DNA from: a virus
DNA: 64,000 nt
IMG/VR virus record: IMGVR_UViG_3300030099_006944
Location: 96,001-160,000 of that record
Strand: one strand, 5' to 3'
The number at the start of each line of letters is the position of its first letter. Positions within the stretch are counted from its first letter, which is position 1. Of this stretch, positions 1 to 10,400 are shown in pieces. The notes under the pieces are model-generated. The model was given only the letters and a program-made list of their open reading frames with translations, had not been told where the DNA came from and did no database searches. Position numbers and translations under genes: made by a program.

Positions 1-975
1 GATGCAGAAACATCTGATAATGATTTTCATCCAATAATTCTGCCATGGGATGTACATCCAGAACGTGATCAGCAATGGTTCACAAAAGAAACTAAAAATA
101 TGTCCCGGAGGCAAATTGCACAAGAGTTGGAATGTAATTTCAATACATCGGGAGATACCGTCATACATCCGGATGATATGCAATGGTTATTTGAAAATTT
201 AAAGGAACCTCTATACAAAACAGGATACGATCGTAATTTTTGGATTTGGGAAAAGTATATCGAAGGATGTTCATACGTATTGGTTGCTGATGTTGCGCGA
301 GGAGACGGAACAGATTTTTCTGTATTTCACGTTTTGAGACTGGATACAATGGCAGTAGTTGCCGAATATCAAGGTAAACCCAATTTAGATCTGTATTCGA
401 ACGTACTATATGATGCCGGCAAGGAATACGGATTTTGTCTTTTGGTCGTAGAAAATAATGGAATTGGTATCTCTGTTTTGGAAAAATTGATTTCTTTGGA
501 ATATCCAAAACTATATTATTCTATCAAGTCGACTCACGAATATGTCGAGGCCCACCTAGCAGAAGGTAACGATCGATCGGTACCCGGGTTTACTACTTCT
601 ACCAAAACAAGACCGCTAATCGTGGCGAAATTAGAGGAGTATGTTAGAAACAAACTAATTACATTGCATTCTAATCGTTTATTTCACGAAATGAAAACGT
701 TCATTTGGTATAATGGTAAACCACAAGCTATGCGTTCCTACAATGACGATTTGGTCATGGCTCTTGCTATTACCTGTTGGGTCAGGGACACAGCACTGGA
801 AGAGAACAAAAGAGAAATGGAGTACAAAAGGGCAATGTTGGACGGAATAAAAAAATCTACAACCACTATGAACACTCAGATAAAAGGACAGGACGGCTAC
901 TCTAAAACGTTTAATGAAAAATACGAAGAAGAAATAAAGAAAACAAAAGAATTTCTCTGGATTTATAAAGGATAA
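1..975 (+). CDS. terL: Terminase large subunit (T4 gp17-like), C-terminal nuclease region; the ORF is open from the window start
   Basis: Frame 1 is open from base 1 (DAETSDNDFHPIILPWDVHPERD...). RNase H-like motifs VADVARGDGTDFS, VVENNGIG and NDDLVMALA. Directly upstream of the portal. Confidence 0.92.
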   Translation, partial: DAETSDNDFHPIILPWDVHPERDQQWFTKETKNMSRRQIAQELECNFNTSGDTVIHPDDMQWLFENLKEPLYKTGYDRNFWIWEKYIEGCSYVLVADVARGDGTDFSVFHVLRLDTMAVVAEYQGKPNLDLYSNVLYDAGKEYGFCLLVVENNGIGISVLEKLISLEYPKLYYSIKSTHEYVEAHLAEGNDRSVPGFTTSTKTRPLIVAKLEEYVRNKLITLHSNRLFHEMKTFIWYNGKPQAMRSYNDDLVMALAITCWVRDTALEENKREMEYKRAMLDGIKKSTTTMNTQIKGQDGYSKTFNEKYEEEIKKTKEFLWIYKG

Positions 976-978
976 AAT

Positions 979-2913
979 ATGGCTCGCAACGATAGAAACC
1001 CAAACAACAATCAGTCTCAATTATTTAAAGCTTTAACTAGGCTTTTTTCTGGTCCGATTGTACAACGAAGAACTCAATCCGGAAGGGAATTGAGAAGAAG
1101 ACATTTGGATATGTACGCTAAAAGATTCAGATCTGCTAGTGGTCAACAATTCAAAAAGACAGAATACAACCCGATGAACATCACAACTCTGAATATGATA
1201 TCCAACAGGAATCGTGCAGAGAGATATATTGATTTTGACCAAATGGAGTACACACCAGAGATCGCATCAGCTTTGGATATATATGCAGACGAAATGACAA
1301 CCCACTCAGGGATCACTCCTATATTAAACATCAAGTGCCCGAATGATGAAATCAAATACATTCTCCATTCATTATATTATAATATAATGAATATTGAGCA
1401 TAATCTTTTTGGCTGGGCTCGAACGATGTGTAAATACGGAGATTTATTTTTATATTTGGATATCGATGAAGGATTGGGAATACGGAATTGTATTGGATTA
1501 CCTTGTGGCGAGATTGAAAGATTAGAGGGCGAAGACCCTACAAATCCAAATTATATTCAATACCAATGGAACAATGGAGGTTTAACTCTTGAAAACTGGC
1601 AGATAGCGCATTTTAGAATACTGGGGCACGATAAACATGCACCATACGGCACTAGTGCACTAGAACCCGCTAGAAGAATTTGGAGACAACTTACCCTTCT
1701 AGAAGATGCCATGATGGCTTATCGTATTGTTAGAGCATCAGAACGTCGAGTTTTTAAAATTGATGTTGGTGGCATCGCACCACAAGATGTTGAACAATAT
1801 ATGCAGAAAGTAATGACGCAAATGAAACGTCATCAAGTTACCGACCCTGCTTCCGGTCGCGTTGATTTACGGTACAATCCTCTTTCAATTGAAGAAGATT
1901 ATTTCATTCCAATACGAGGAGGGCAGTCCTCAACAGATATTAGTAACCTTGCTGGTGGGACTTTCACGGCTCAAATCGAGGACGTAAAGTATCTCCGCGA
2001 CAAACTTTTCTCGGCTCTAAAAGTACCCCAATCTTATTTAGCAATGGGTGAAGGTGCGGCTGAGGATAAGACAACTTTGGCCCAAAAGGATATTCGCTTC
2101 GCCAGAACAATTCAGAGACTACAAAGAGTTGTAGTAGCAGAACTTGAAAAAGTAGGAATCATCCACTTGTATACAATGGGATATCGCGATGATGATCTTT
2201 TAAGTTTCAAATTGTCTCTCAATAACCCGAGCAAGATTGCAGAAATGCAAGAATTAGAACATTGGAGCACAAAGTTTGATATTGCCGGTGCAGCTACTGA
2301 GGGATACTTCTCTCGACGATGGGTTGCTGAAAACCTCCTAGGACTTTCCGAAGATGAATTTATCCGGATGCAAAGAGAAATGTTCCACGATAAGAAATTC
2401 ATGGCGGCGCTCGAAGCAGCAGCCGAACCGGCTGGTGAAGGTGGCGGAGGTGACTTAGGTGGCGGAGGTGACTTAGGTGGTGACCTTGGTGGCGATGAAG
2501 GTGGTGATCTAGACTTAGGCGGTGACGAAGGAGGTGACCTAGACCTAGGAGGCGATGAAGGTGGTGGAGAAGATGCAGGAGGTGATGATGAAGATATCCT
2601 CTTGGCGGAACCACCAGCAAAGAGAGATGACGATGCTAAACCAAACCAGCGAGGTCCATACAAAAGACACAAAAGATCTTATAAAAAAGGTGGACTGAAA
2701 AAACAAATGATAAACACTGGAAATGGTGAAGTAGGCACAGCTAGAAAAACTTGGCCCGGTAAAGTTGGTTTTGGAGGATTAGACTCGCTCGTACGAGGGG
2801 TAACAGAGGGCGTGGATAATGATGCTTTAGAAGAAGACAAACTATTTAATACTGACTTTGAAGTAAAAGCATTAATCGAATCACTAAAAAAGGTAAATAA
2901 AAATGAAACATAA
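979..2913 (+). CDS. Portal protein (T4 gp20-like) with a Gly/Asp-rich C-terminal tail
   Basis: gp20-type motifs YGTSALEPARRIWRQLTLLEDAMMAYRIVRASERRVFKIDVG and EDYFIPIRGG; position after terminase. Confidence 0.93.
   Translation: MARNDRNPNNNQSQLFKALTRLFSGPIVQRRTQSGRELRRRHLDMYAKRFRSASGQQFKKTEYNPMNITTLNMISNRNRAERYIDFDQMEYTPEIASALDIYADEMTTHSGITPILNIKCPNDEIKYILHSLYYNIMNIEHNLFGWARTMCKYGDLFLYLDIDEGLGIRNCIGLPCGEIERLEGEDPTNPNYIQYQWNNGGLTLENWQIAHFRILGHDKHAPYGTSALEPARRIWRQLTLLEDAMMAYRIVRASERRVFKIDVGGIAPQDVEQYMQKVMTQMKRHQVTDPASGRVDLRYNPLSIEEDYFIPIRGGQSSTDISNLAGGTFTAQIEDVKYLRDKLFSALKVPQSYLAMGEGAAEDKTTLAQKDIRFARTIQRLQRVVVAELEKVGIIHLYTMGYRDDDLLSFKLSLNNPSKIAEMQELEHWSTKFDIAGAATEGYFSRRWVAENLLGLSEDEFIRMQREMFHDKKFMAALEAAAEPAGEGGGGDLGGGGDLGGDLGGDEGGDLDLGGDEGGDLDLGGDEGGGEDAGGDDEDILLAEPPAKRDDDAKPNQRGPYKRHKRSYKKGGLKKQMINTGNGEVGTARKTWPGKVGFGGLDSLVRGVTEGVDNDALEEDKLFNTDFEVKALIESLKKVNKNET
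2443..2590 (+). repeat. Tandem repeats encoding GGDLG / GGDEGGDLDL in the portal tail
   Basis: ggcggaggtgacttaggt occurs twice exactly (2443-2460, 2461-2478), followed by imperfect 30-nt units. Confidence 0.85.
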
Positions 2914-3724
2914 TAAGAAAAGAAATACCGCTTTTCTTTACGAATGCCTTATAAAAGAATTAACCAAAGCAATCGTACGAGAAAACAAAGAAAAACAAAC
3001 AATTACAAAAAATATTCTTAAAGAATTTTTTCACAAAGGAAGTATACTTAAAAAAGAATTGGTTTTATATAATTCTTTACTGGAAAGTAAAGGACTAGAA
3101 CCTGAATTTTCTAAGCGACTTCTCGTAGAAACAAAAAAGGATTTTGAGTCCCTCGACAGAAAAAAAGTTTTCAATCAACAGACTCAGCTAATAAATAAAA
3201 TAAACAAACAATTGGGCTTCGGAGCATATTCAAATTTTGTTCCAAACTATAAAGACTTAGCCACACTCGGACTTTTCTTTCAAAATTCAAACCTAAATGC
3301 CAAAAAAAGAATTATGCTGGAAAACAATTTAATTAAATTCCTAGGTAGATCTGATAAAATATTAACCGAAATGAAACATTTGGACAATTTGGAGTACAAA
3401 ACTTTTGTAAAAAAGTTCAACAATGCATATGAGAGAACCCTACAGAAAGAACAAAAAGATCTGTTAACCAATTATATTGTCTCTTTTTCTGACAATGGCC
3501 TAGGTTTGAAAAGTTTTTTAAATGAAGAGATTGGACGTCTCAAAAACGCCGTACAGCAGCAAATTGTAGAAGGGTCAACTACCCCAAATAACGAAAATTT
3601 TAAAAAAGTTAAGGTAAAGCTGGACGGTTACACAAAAAGACCAATAAATCAACAAATGGTTGAGGAGATTTTCTACATTCAAGACTTAATAGCGGAGGTA
3701 ACTAAAAATGAGCGTAAAAATTAA
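2903..3724 (+). CDS. Hypothetical protein of the head module
   Basis: 273-aa ORF coupled to the portal stop; no recognisable catalytic motif. Confidence 0.75.
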   Translation: MKHNKKRNTAFLYECLIKELTKAIVRENKEKQTITKNILKEFFHKGSILKKELVLYNSLLESKGLEPEFSKRLLVETKKDFESLDRKKVFNQQTQLINKINKQLGFGAYSNFVPNYKDLATLGLFFQNSNLNAKKRIMLENNLIKFLGRSDKILTEMKHLDNLEYKTFVKKFNNAYERTLQKEQKDLLTNYIVSFSDNGLGLKSFLNEEIGRLKNAVQQQIVEGSTTPNNENFKKVKVKLDGYTKRPINQQMVEEIFYIQDLIAEVTKNERKN

Positions 3725-4286
3725 CATCACCCCCGAAGAAGAAGCAACTCCGCAAGAACAAGAAAACTCAATTAAGATCGAAATCATCGAGAAAGATGAG
3801 TTGGAATTCAATCTTAACCTGAGGAGTGCCTTAAATGGGGATCTTATGATTTTAGATCACAAGGACATTGATATCGTTGTACAACCAACCTCTAAAAAAG
3901 TAGTCACTTTTGCAAAAGAGATAACATCAGACGCAGTGTATGGTGCCGAATCTAGACTTCTAGAATATTTGAGAAGACAAGGTGTTATAAATTATGATTC
4001 AATTCAAGGTGGAAACGTATATGGATCTTTGGAAGGTCAGATTATGGACTCCAAATCTCATGATCCAATAAAAGTGGCTCTGCTTAAAATTTCTGAATGG
4101 ATGGAAACAGAGAAACCTTATATTTCTGGTACCACGGCATATGACGATATGCAGGATGATGCTTTGATCGATCCGGACAACGAATATTCGACAGAATTAG
4201 GTCAAGTACCACACGCTGCCGAAAAGGGCTCCATTGTTCAGAACAACCTTTTCGCTCCATACCTATATGGAAGATACACTTACTGA
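3708..4286 (+). CDS. Hypothetical protein
   Basis: 192-aa ORF with a GGAGG RBS, overlapping its neighbours. Confidence 0.7.
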   Translation: MSVKINITPEEEATPQEQENSIKIEIIEKDELEFNLNLRSALNGDLMILDHKDIDIVVQPTSKKVVTFAKEITSDAVYGAESRLLEYLRRQGVINYDSIQGGNVYGSLEGQIMDSKSHDPIKVALLKISEWMETEKPYISGTTAYDDMQDDALIDPDNEYSTELGQVPHAAEKGSIVQNNLFAPYLYGRYTY

Positions 4287-4996
4287 TGAAAAAACTACTA
4301 GAAAATTTTAAGAGCTTTTTGTCTGAGGACGAAAAAGAACCAATACCTTTACCGGACACTTCTAACATTGGACTTTTTCATGATCCGGATATAGACAATC
4401 ATGAGTTAATATTATATTATCTGACTCCGCGCGGACCCTTTCCATTTGCCGCATGCGGTATAGATCGCCTCAGCGAAAACAAGAAAGGTGAACAATGTAT
4501 ACCTGAGACATGGCATATGTCTTGGATATATGTTCATGAAACCTTTCAAGGTTCGGGTTGGAGTAAAATTTTATACGGACTGTCATTTAATTTGGTTAAT
4601 AAAGAAGGCGCAGGGCTAACATCCGATCATTGGTCTTCCACGTCAGACGATGCAAAAAGCCGCGCTTGGGATAAAATGATATCTCGTAATCAACTGGTTC
4701 CCAGAAAAACTCCGGGTACTCCTCCGACCGGAGGCCACTCTGAATTCGATTATGGTAAGGCCGGATTTAAGAAGACCCCTTTGGATCCCATGGATGACTG
4801 TCGCGAACCCGGAGGCGGAAAAGCAGCAACATCAACTAGTTGGATAATGAAAGGACACAGCTACTTTGATTCGATTTATGATGATCTAACTGAAAATCAT
4901 GATCTGCTTATGTCAGCAGTACCCAATCGTGAACAAGTGGAACGAAGACTATCAGACGTTGCCGCTGATGAATTTGAAGTTGCTTATAGGGGGTAA
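4286..4996 (+). CDS. GNAT-like (acetyltransferase-fold) protein with a putative capsid-targeting leader
   Basis: MSWIYVHETFQGSGWSKILY resembles GNAT motif A (V-x-x-x-x-Q/R-G-x-G-x-x-x-x-L). N-terminus is MKKLLENFKSFLSE. Confidence 0.5.
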   Translation: MKKLLENFKSFLSEDEKEPIPLPDTSNIGLFHDPDIDNHELILYYLTPRGPFPFAACGIDRLSENKKGEQCIPETWHMSWIYVHETFQGSGWSKILYGLSFNLVNKEGAGLTSDHWSSTSDDAKSRAWDKMISRNQLVPRKTPGTPPTGGHSEFDYGKAGFKKTPLDPMDDCREPGGGKAATSTSWIMKGHSYFDSIYDDLTENHDLLMSAVPNREQVERRLSDVAADEFEVAYRG

Positions 4997-4998
4997 CA

Positions 4999-5328
4999 GT
5001 GGATATAATTAATTTCATCCTAGTTTCTTATGGGATGACCTTCATAGTTGTGTATGGCAAGATATTTGAGAACATAAGACCAACGAAGGATTATAGTAAA
5101 AAATGGAACACCCTTTTTCATTGTCCACTTTGTATGGGTTTTTGGTGTTCTTTATTTTTGTTCTGCATAAACGGTTATACAGAACTATTTACGTTTGAAT
5201 ATTCCCTAGGGAATGCTTTCTGCCTCTCTTGTTTGGGAGCCGGAACTAGTTATTTGCTCTCCATGGTCGTTAACGATTTTGGGTTAAGAGTATCATCAAG
5301 ATCAGGAGGTGATTATGTTGATGATTAA
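4999..5328 (+). CDS. Small membrane protein with a CPLCMGFW motif (DUF1360-like)
   Basis: GTG start; three hydrophobic segments; CxxC motif. Confidence 0.55.
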   Translation: MDIINFILVSYGMTFIVVYGKIFENIRPTKDYSKKWNTLFHCPLCMGFWCSLFLFCINGYTELFTFEYSLGNAFCLSCLGAGTSYLLSMVVNDFGLRVSSRSGGDYVDD

Positions 5329-5374
5329 ACGATGGATGCTTCAACCAGTCCGCCGTTGCTGTAGCGGATCATGA
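5315..5374 (+). CDS. 19-aa micro-ORF MLMIKRWMLQPVRRCCSGS (absent from the ORF track)
   Basis: AGGAGGT Shine-Dalgarno at 5304-5310, ATG at 5315, TGA at 5372-5374, then a GCCGG/CCGGC hairpin (5380-5394). Confidence 0.5.
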   Translation: MLMIKRWMLQPVRRCCSGS

Positions 5375-5417
5375 AGCGCGCCGGTGACGCCGGCAACAAT
5401 TTTTATTTGAGGAAAAT

Positions 5418-6026
5418 ATGTCTAAAACTTTATTAAGAGAATTCTATGCTTTATGTGAGGGTGGTATTTGTCAAGATCTTTTAACCGAAAGAGAAAAAAG
5501 GGAAATGGAAAATGGCGTTCTTTATTTATCAGGTCGTTTGCAAACTGCTGACAAGCAAAACGGAAATGGTCGGGTCTATCCTCACGAAGTCCTCAAAAGA
5601 GAGGTCAACAACTATATGAATGTAGTCAAAGACAATCGTGCTTGTGGTGAACTTGATCATCCGGATGATTCTGTTGTTAATCTTAAAAACGTTTCCCACA
5701 TCATAACTGATATATGGTGGGAAGGAAAGGATGTTATGGGCAAAATCAAAGTGCTCGATACCCCTTCCGGAAGGATCTTGAAAGATCTAGTGAATGCTGG
5801 TGTTAAACTCGGAATATCATCCAGAGGGTTAGGGTCAGTTAGAGAGAGTGCCGGGCAGACTGTTGTTGAAAATGATTTTCAATTAATTTGTTTTGATATG
5901 GTTTCCGAACCTTCAACTCCAAATGCTTATGTCTATCCAAAAGGGCAACAAAATGTATCTTCTAGGCTCAGAGAAGTTAAAGAAAATAGCATTAATGATC
6001 TATTTAAAAAGATCCTAGGAGATTAA
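5418..6026 (+). CDS. Prohead core protease (T4 gp21-like)
   Basis: Motifs QNGNGRVYP, GELDHP, GVKLGISSRGLGS (catalytic Ser) and FDMVSEPSTPNA. Confidence 0.93.
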   Translation: MSKTLLREFYALCEGGICQDLLTEREKREMENGVLYLSGRLQTADKQNGNGRVYPHEVLKREVNNYMNVVKDNRACGELDHPDDSVVNLKNVSHIITDIWWEGKDVMGKIKVLDTPSGRILKDLVNAGVKLGISSRGLGSVRESAGQTVVENDFQLICFDMVSEPSTPNAYVYPKGQQNVSSRLREVKENSINDLFKKILGD

Positions 6027-6030
6027 ATAA

Positions 6031-6270
6031 ATGAAAATAAAAAAAGACCGATTGGTACAAATTATCAAAGAGGAGCTTGATGATTATCAAATGTCAATGG
6101 CACAAGATGATCCGCAAGAATTCATGGCAGGAATGAAATCACAAGAAAGAATCAAGCAGATTGATATTCTAATCGCGGAACTACAAAGAGAAAAAGAAAT
6201 GTTGTTGATGAACATTGATTCTGGTGAGGTCACCTTTGATCAATCAAATACGCGGAGCCCAAATGAATAA
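6031..6270 (+). CDS. Small protein with leader MKIKKDRLVQIIKEE (putative internal head protein)
   Basis: GGAG RBS; leader pattern shared with 48242 and 57875. Confidence 0.55.
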   Translation: MKIKKDRLVQIIKEELDDYQMSMAQDDPQEFMAGMKSQERIKQIDILIAELQREKEMLLMNIDSGEVTFDQSNTRSPNE

Positions 6271-6688
6271 GAATGAATTGAAAAAAATCCTTAAACCTTT
6301 AATTAAAGAGTGTATTAAAGAAGTGATTTTTGAAGACGGAACTCTTTCGACTATTATATCTGAGGTTATGAAAGGAACTTCTTCTCAAAATGTCGTTTAT
6401 GAAGCAAAACAACCTAGGTTAGAAACTAAGCAAGAAGCCGATCAGCGACTGCAACGGAAACAGAAACAACTTCAAGAACAAAAACGAAAGATGTTAGACG
6501 CCATAGGAAAAGATTCCTACAATGGCGTTAATATATTTGAAGGAACTACACCAATGGCTGCTAGCAAAGAATCAACAATGTCACCACATGGAGCAAAAGC
6601 GCTGGATGGTGTTGCCCCAAATGATCCCGGAGTTGATATATCTTCGTTCGCATCAAGCGGTATTTGGAAAAAATTGGCAGGAAATTAA
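6263..6688 (+). CDS. Hypothetical head-module protein
   Basis: The more likely start is ATG 6263 (MNKNELKKILKPLIKECIKEVIFE), which has a GGAG RBS. Confidence 0.65.
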   Translation: MNKNELKKILKPLIKECIKEVIFEDGTLSTIISEVMKGTSSQNVVYEAKQPRLETKQEADQRLQRKQKQLQEQKRKMLDAIGKDSYNGVNIFEGTTPMAASKESTMSPHGAKALDGVAPNDPGVDISSFASSGIWKKLAGN

Positions 6689-6901
6689 ATGGCTACAAAT
6701 CATATAGAAAAACCTCGAAAGAATGAGGACCCAAATCGATTTATAAAAAGATTTATAAAAAAATGTAAGAAACTTGGCATAATTGACGAGGTTAAAGAGA
6801 GACGATATCACACTAAACCATCCGTAAAAAAACGACTCGCCAAGAAACGAGCGATCGCTAGACATAAGAAAGAACAGCGAAAAAGACAAAGAAGTAACTA
6901 G
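6689..6901 (+). CDS. rpsU: Ribosomal protein bS21 homologue
   Basis: 70 aa and highly basic; pattern KNE-x4-IKRFIKKCKKLGIIDEVKERRYHTKPSVKKR matches bS21 (LRRFKR...E.R.REFYEKP..KRK). Confidence 0.85.
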   Translation: MATNHIEKPRKNEDPNRFIKRFIKKCKKLGIIDEVKERRYHTKPSVKKRLAKKRAIARHKKEQRKRQRSN

Positions 6902-6924
6902 TTAGGGAAGAAGGAGATTTAGGT

Positions 6925-7395
6925 ATGTCATTTCACAAACATAATAGTTGGGGAAGAACTAGGAGCCCAAAGAATATTGCGGGACCTCCCGGTACCGAAG
7001 TTGTTGTTGAAGCCAACACGAATAGTCTATTATCCGGCGCTACTGATTACAAACTAGCTGGTTATGCTACGCAAAATCAAAGATATTTACATATTCTTAT
7101 AACAGACAAAAACCAAAGCGCCCCAGCCGCTGTTACAATTTTTGGATATTGTCATGCCTTTGAGAGATGGTTTGAGATAGAAGCGCAAACAACAGGGACT
7201 GCTGTTTCAGCAGCATCAGCCAACACTGCTCCCACTGCTGCTTCTATCACTGTGGCGGATTCCGGTCGAGCACCGGGTGCACAAGTACCTAGCGACACAG
7301 AATACCGAACTTACGAAATCGCCGGTATCGATCGAGTGGCTTTTGTTGGAGTAACTGCCAATGTTAGTGTTTTCGCAGCGTGTAGCACCTTCTAA
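6925..7395 (+). CDS. Hypothetical protein (likely virion-associated)
   Basis: 156-aa ORF with an AAGGAG RBS. Confidence 0.65.
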   Translation: MSFHKHNSWGRTRSPKNIAGPPGTEVVVEANTNSLLSGATDYKLAGYATQNQRYLHILITDKNQSAPAAVTIFGYCHAFERWFEIEAQTTGTAVSAASANTAPTAASITVADSGRAPGAQVPSDTEYRTYEIAGIDRVAFVGVTANVSVFAACSTF

Positions 7396-7414
7396 TTAAA
7401 CTAGGAGGTAGCCA

Positions 7415-10400
7415 ATGGCGGATGGCATAGATTATGGTTGGGCGTATGTAGCGCAGAACATTGTTACCGGAGCAGGTGGAAACCTAGGTTCAATTCAGTT
7501 TAAGTCAAATGATGTTGACATATCTGGGTCAAATGCTCTAACTTATGATTACGCTACAACTACTTTAATATTGTCCGGAACACTTCACGTTTCAGGTACA
7601 ATTAATGCTAACGCTCTCAATTTAGATGTTACAAACAAAACTGTCACCAACTTAACCGCTACGGGTTCAACAAAGTTCGGAGACTCTGCTGACGATACTC
7701 ACATACTAACTGGTAGTACTACTTTAACCGGTTCCAATCCGCTTACATTGTTGGGTTTGGCTTCGGGCTCATTAGCCGGAGCAGGAAGTTTTTTAGGCCT
7801 AAACGCCAATAATCAGTTAGTCTTAACAGCCTCTTCTGATGTCACATTGCCTGTAACAGCCTTAAACAACCAATCAGCTAATCGCTTGGTCTCAATAGGG
7901 TCTACCACCACCGAGTTAGATGGAGAGGCTAATTTGACCTTTGACGGCTCGAAACTGAGTGTTACCGGTGAACTTACATCCTCCATAGGAGTTTCAGCAT
8001 CTATTGGTCGCTATACCGAGCTTACATCCAGTAATATAAAAGCTACCGGAATTACTGCTACCACAATCGCCGGAACACTATCAACGGCTGCACAAACGAA
8101 CATAACATCTGTCGGAGACCTAACAGGACTAACTGTTGATACAACAACATTGGTGGTAAATGGTACCAGCAATAAGGTTGCCATTGGCCGCGCAGCCGCA
8201 GATAAAAAATTAGAGGTAGTCGACAGTTCAGATTCGCAACTAAGATTGACTCACACAACTTCACCAGCCAGATATACCGACTTTCGATCGACATCGGATG
8301 GTTATTTAAATATCTCTCCATCCGGAGGAAGAGTTGGTATTGGAACAACAACTCCAACGGCTGAACTGGCTATAACTGGTGCTGCTCATATTTCTGGTAA
8401 TCTTGGTGTCGGGACAACTTCTCCGGCTTACAAATTAGATGTCGGAGGAAATGCTAGAATAACTGGTAATCTTATTGTCAGCGGAACATTGAACGCCAGA
8501 GTCACAGATTTTCAGGTATCCGCTAATACCTTAACACTAGGGGATGCCTCTGGTGATGCCATCACCATCAACGCGGCAACTGTAGCAGCACCAAATGGTT
8601 TAAATTTTGATTCAAATACTTTTGTCATTGATGCCGGAAATAACAGGGTTGGAATTGGTATCGCAAATCCTACTTATGATCTGGAAGTAGCTGGTAACGC
8701 TGGTATTGATGAGTATATATATCACAATGACGATGCCGATACGTATTTGAGGTTTCAGGACGATGATCTAGAGTTTCAAGTTGGCGGCAAATCTATGATC
8801 AAAATAGACGAGGACACTAAATCTAAAATATTATTCAATAAGGATGGAGATAGTACGAGTGTCGGTATCGGAACAGACAATCCCGAAGCAGAATTACATG
8901 TATCAGGAACAATAATAGCAATTAAAAACGTAGCAGTCACCGGTAGTATTACAGGTAGTGCTTTAACTGATGGCACTGTTAAGGTTACCGGAGGAAACAT
9001 ATTAAGCGTTGGAACTCTGTCAGCCACCAATATAACTGGTACGCTGGGTACTGCGGCACAAACAAATATAACTTCCGTTGGTAACTTATCTGGTTTAACT
9101 GTTGATTCTACAACACTGGTTGTTAACGGAACATCTAACAAGGTCGCGATTGGAAGGGCAGCAGCAGATAAGAAGTTGGAAATTGTTGACTCCTCTGATG
9201 CACAATTAAGATTAACGCACACTACTTCTCCGGCAAAATATGTAGATTTCAGAGCCACTTCCGACGGGAACCTGTACTTGGCGCCGAACGGAAACAAAAT
9301 TGGTATCGGCACAGCTTTACCAACACAAACATTGTCTGTGTCTGGTACGTTTGATATATCAGCTAGTGCTAACCCAATGAAGATACACGGATTGCAATCA
9401 GCAACAGCGACAACTTCAAGCTTCTTAGCTTTGGATTCAAACAATAACTTGATCTTAACTAGTTCTGGAACTGTTGTGACTGAATATGTGTCTGCTTCTA
9501 TCTTGACGTATACTAATCCTGCCAACAATCGATTGGTTACTAGTGTCGATGCCACATCTGTTAACAGCGAGGCCAATCTAACATTCGATGGAACAGATTT
9601 GACAGTTGGTGGTGGTGGATCAATATATGTTGACAAAATCAGAAGATCATCAGATAGCGGAACTACTACAAAAATCCTTCTTGATGATGAACAATTAAAG
9701 TTTTATACCGGACATGCCTCAGATGAAGTTGTAAATGTTCAGAGTGGAGTAGTAACAATCGACGGTAGGATGACAGGACTTTCTTCGTTGACATCCTCTG
9801 TTATTAATAACGATCATTTGACATCTTCCTTTGGTAAGTTCACAACAGTTACCGCTACAAATCTAGCCGGCACCCTAACCACAGCCGCGCAAACTAACAT
9901 AACATCTGTTGGTAACTTAACATCTTTAACTGTCGATTCAACAACCTTGGTAGTAAAAGCTACAACCAGCAGAGTTGGTATTGGTCGTTCAGGTCCGGTT
10001 AAGAAACTTGAAGTCTCGGACAATTCTGCTGCTCAAATGAGATTAACTCACACCAACGATTCAAAGTTCACTGATTTTCACACCACCACGGACGGGTATT
10101 TAATAATTGATCCGAGCCATGACAGGATCGGTATTGGTACAACCACTCCTACTTCCACTCTTGCTCTAAGTGGCACCCTACACATATCAGCTTCAGCCAA
10201 CCCGGTGAAGCTTTTGGGGGTTCAATCCGGATCATTGGCCGGAGAAGGGAGTTATCTGGGCTTGGATGCATCCGGACAGTTAGTGATAACAGCATCCTCC
10301 GGAGGAACAGTCACAATTAACAATGATGCCGACAACCGAGTGGTAACTGCTGGTGGAGACAGTTCTATTAATGGTGAAGCAAATCTTTTATTTGACGGCA

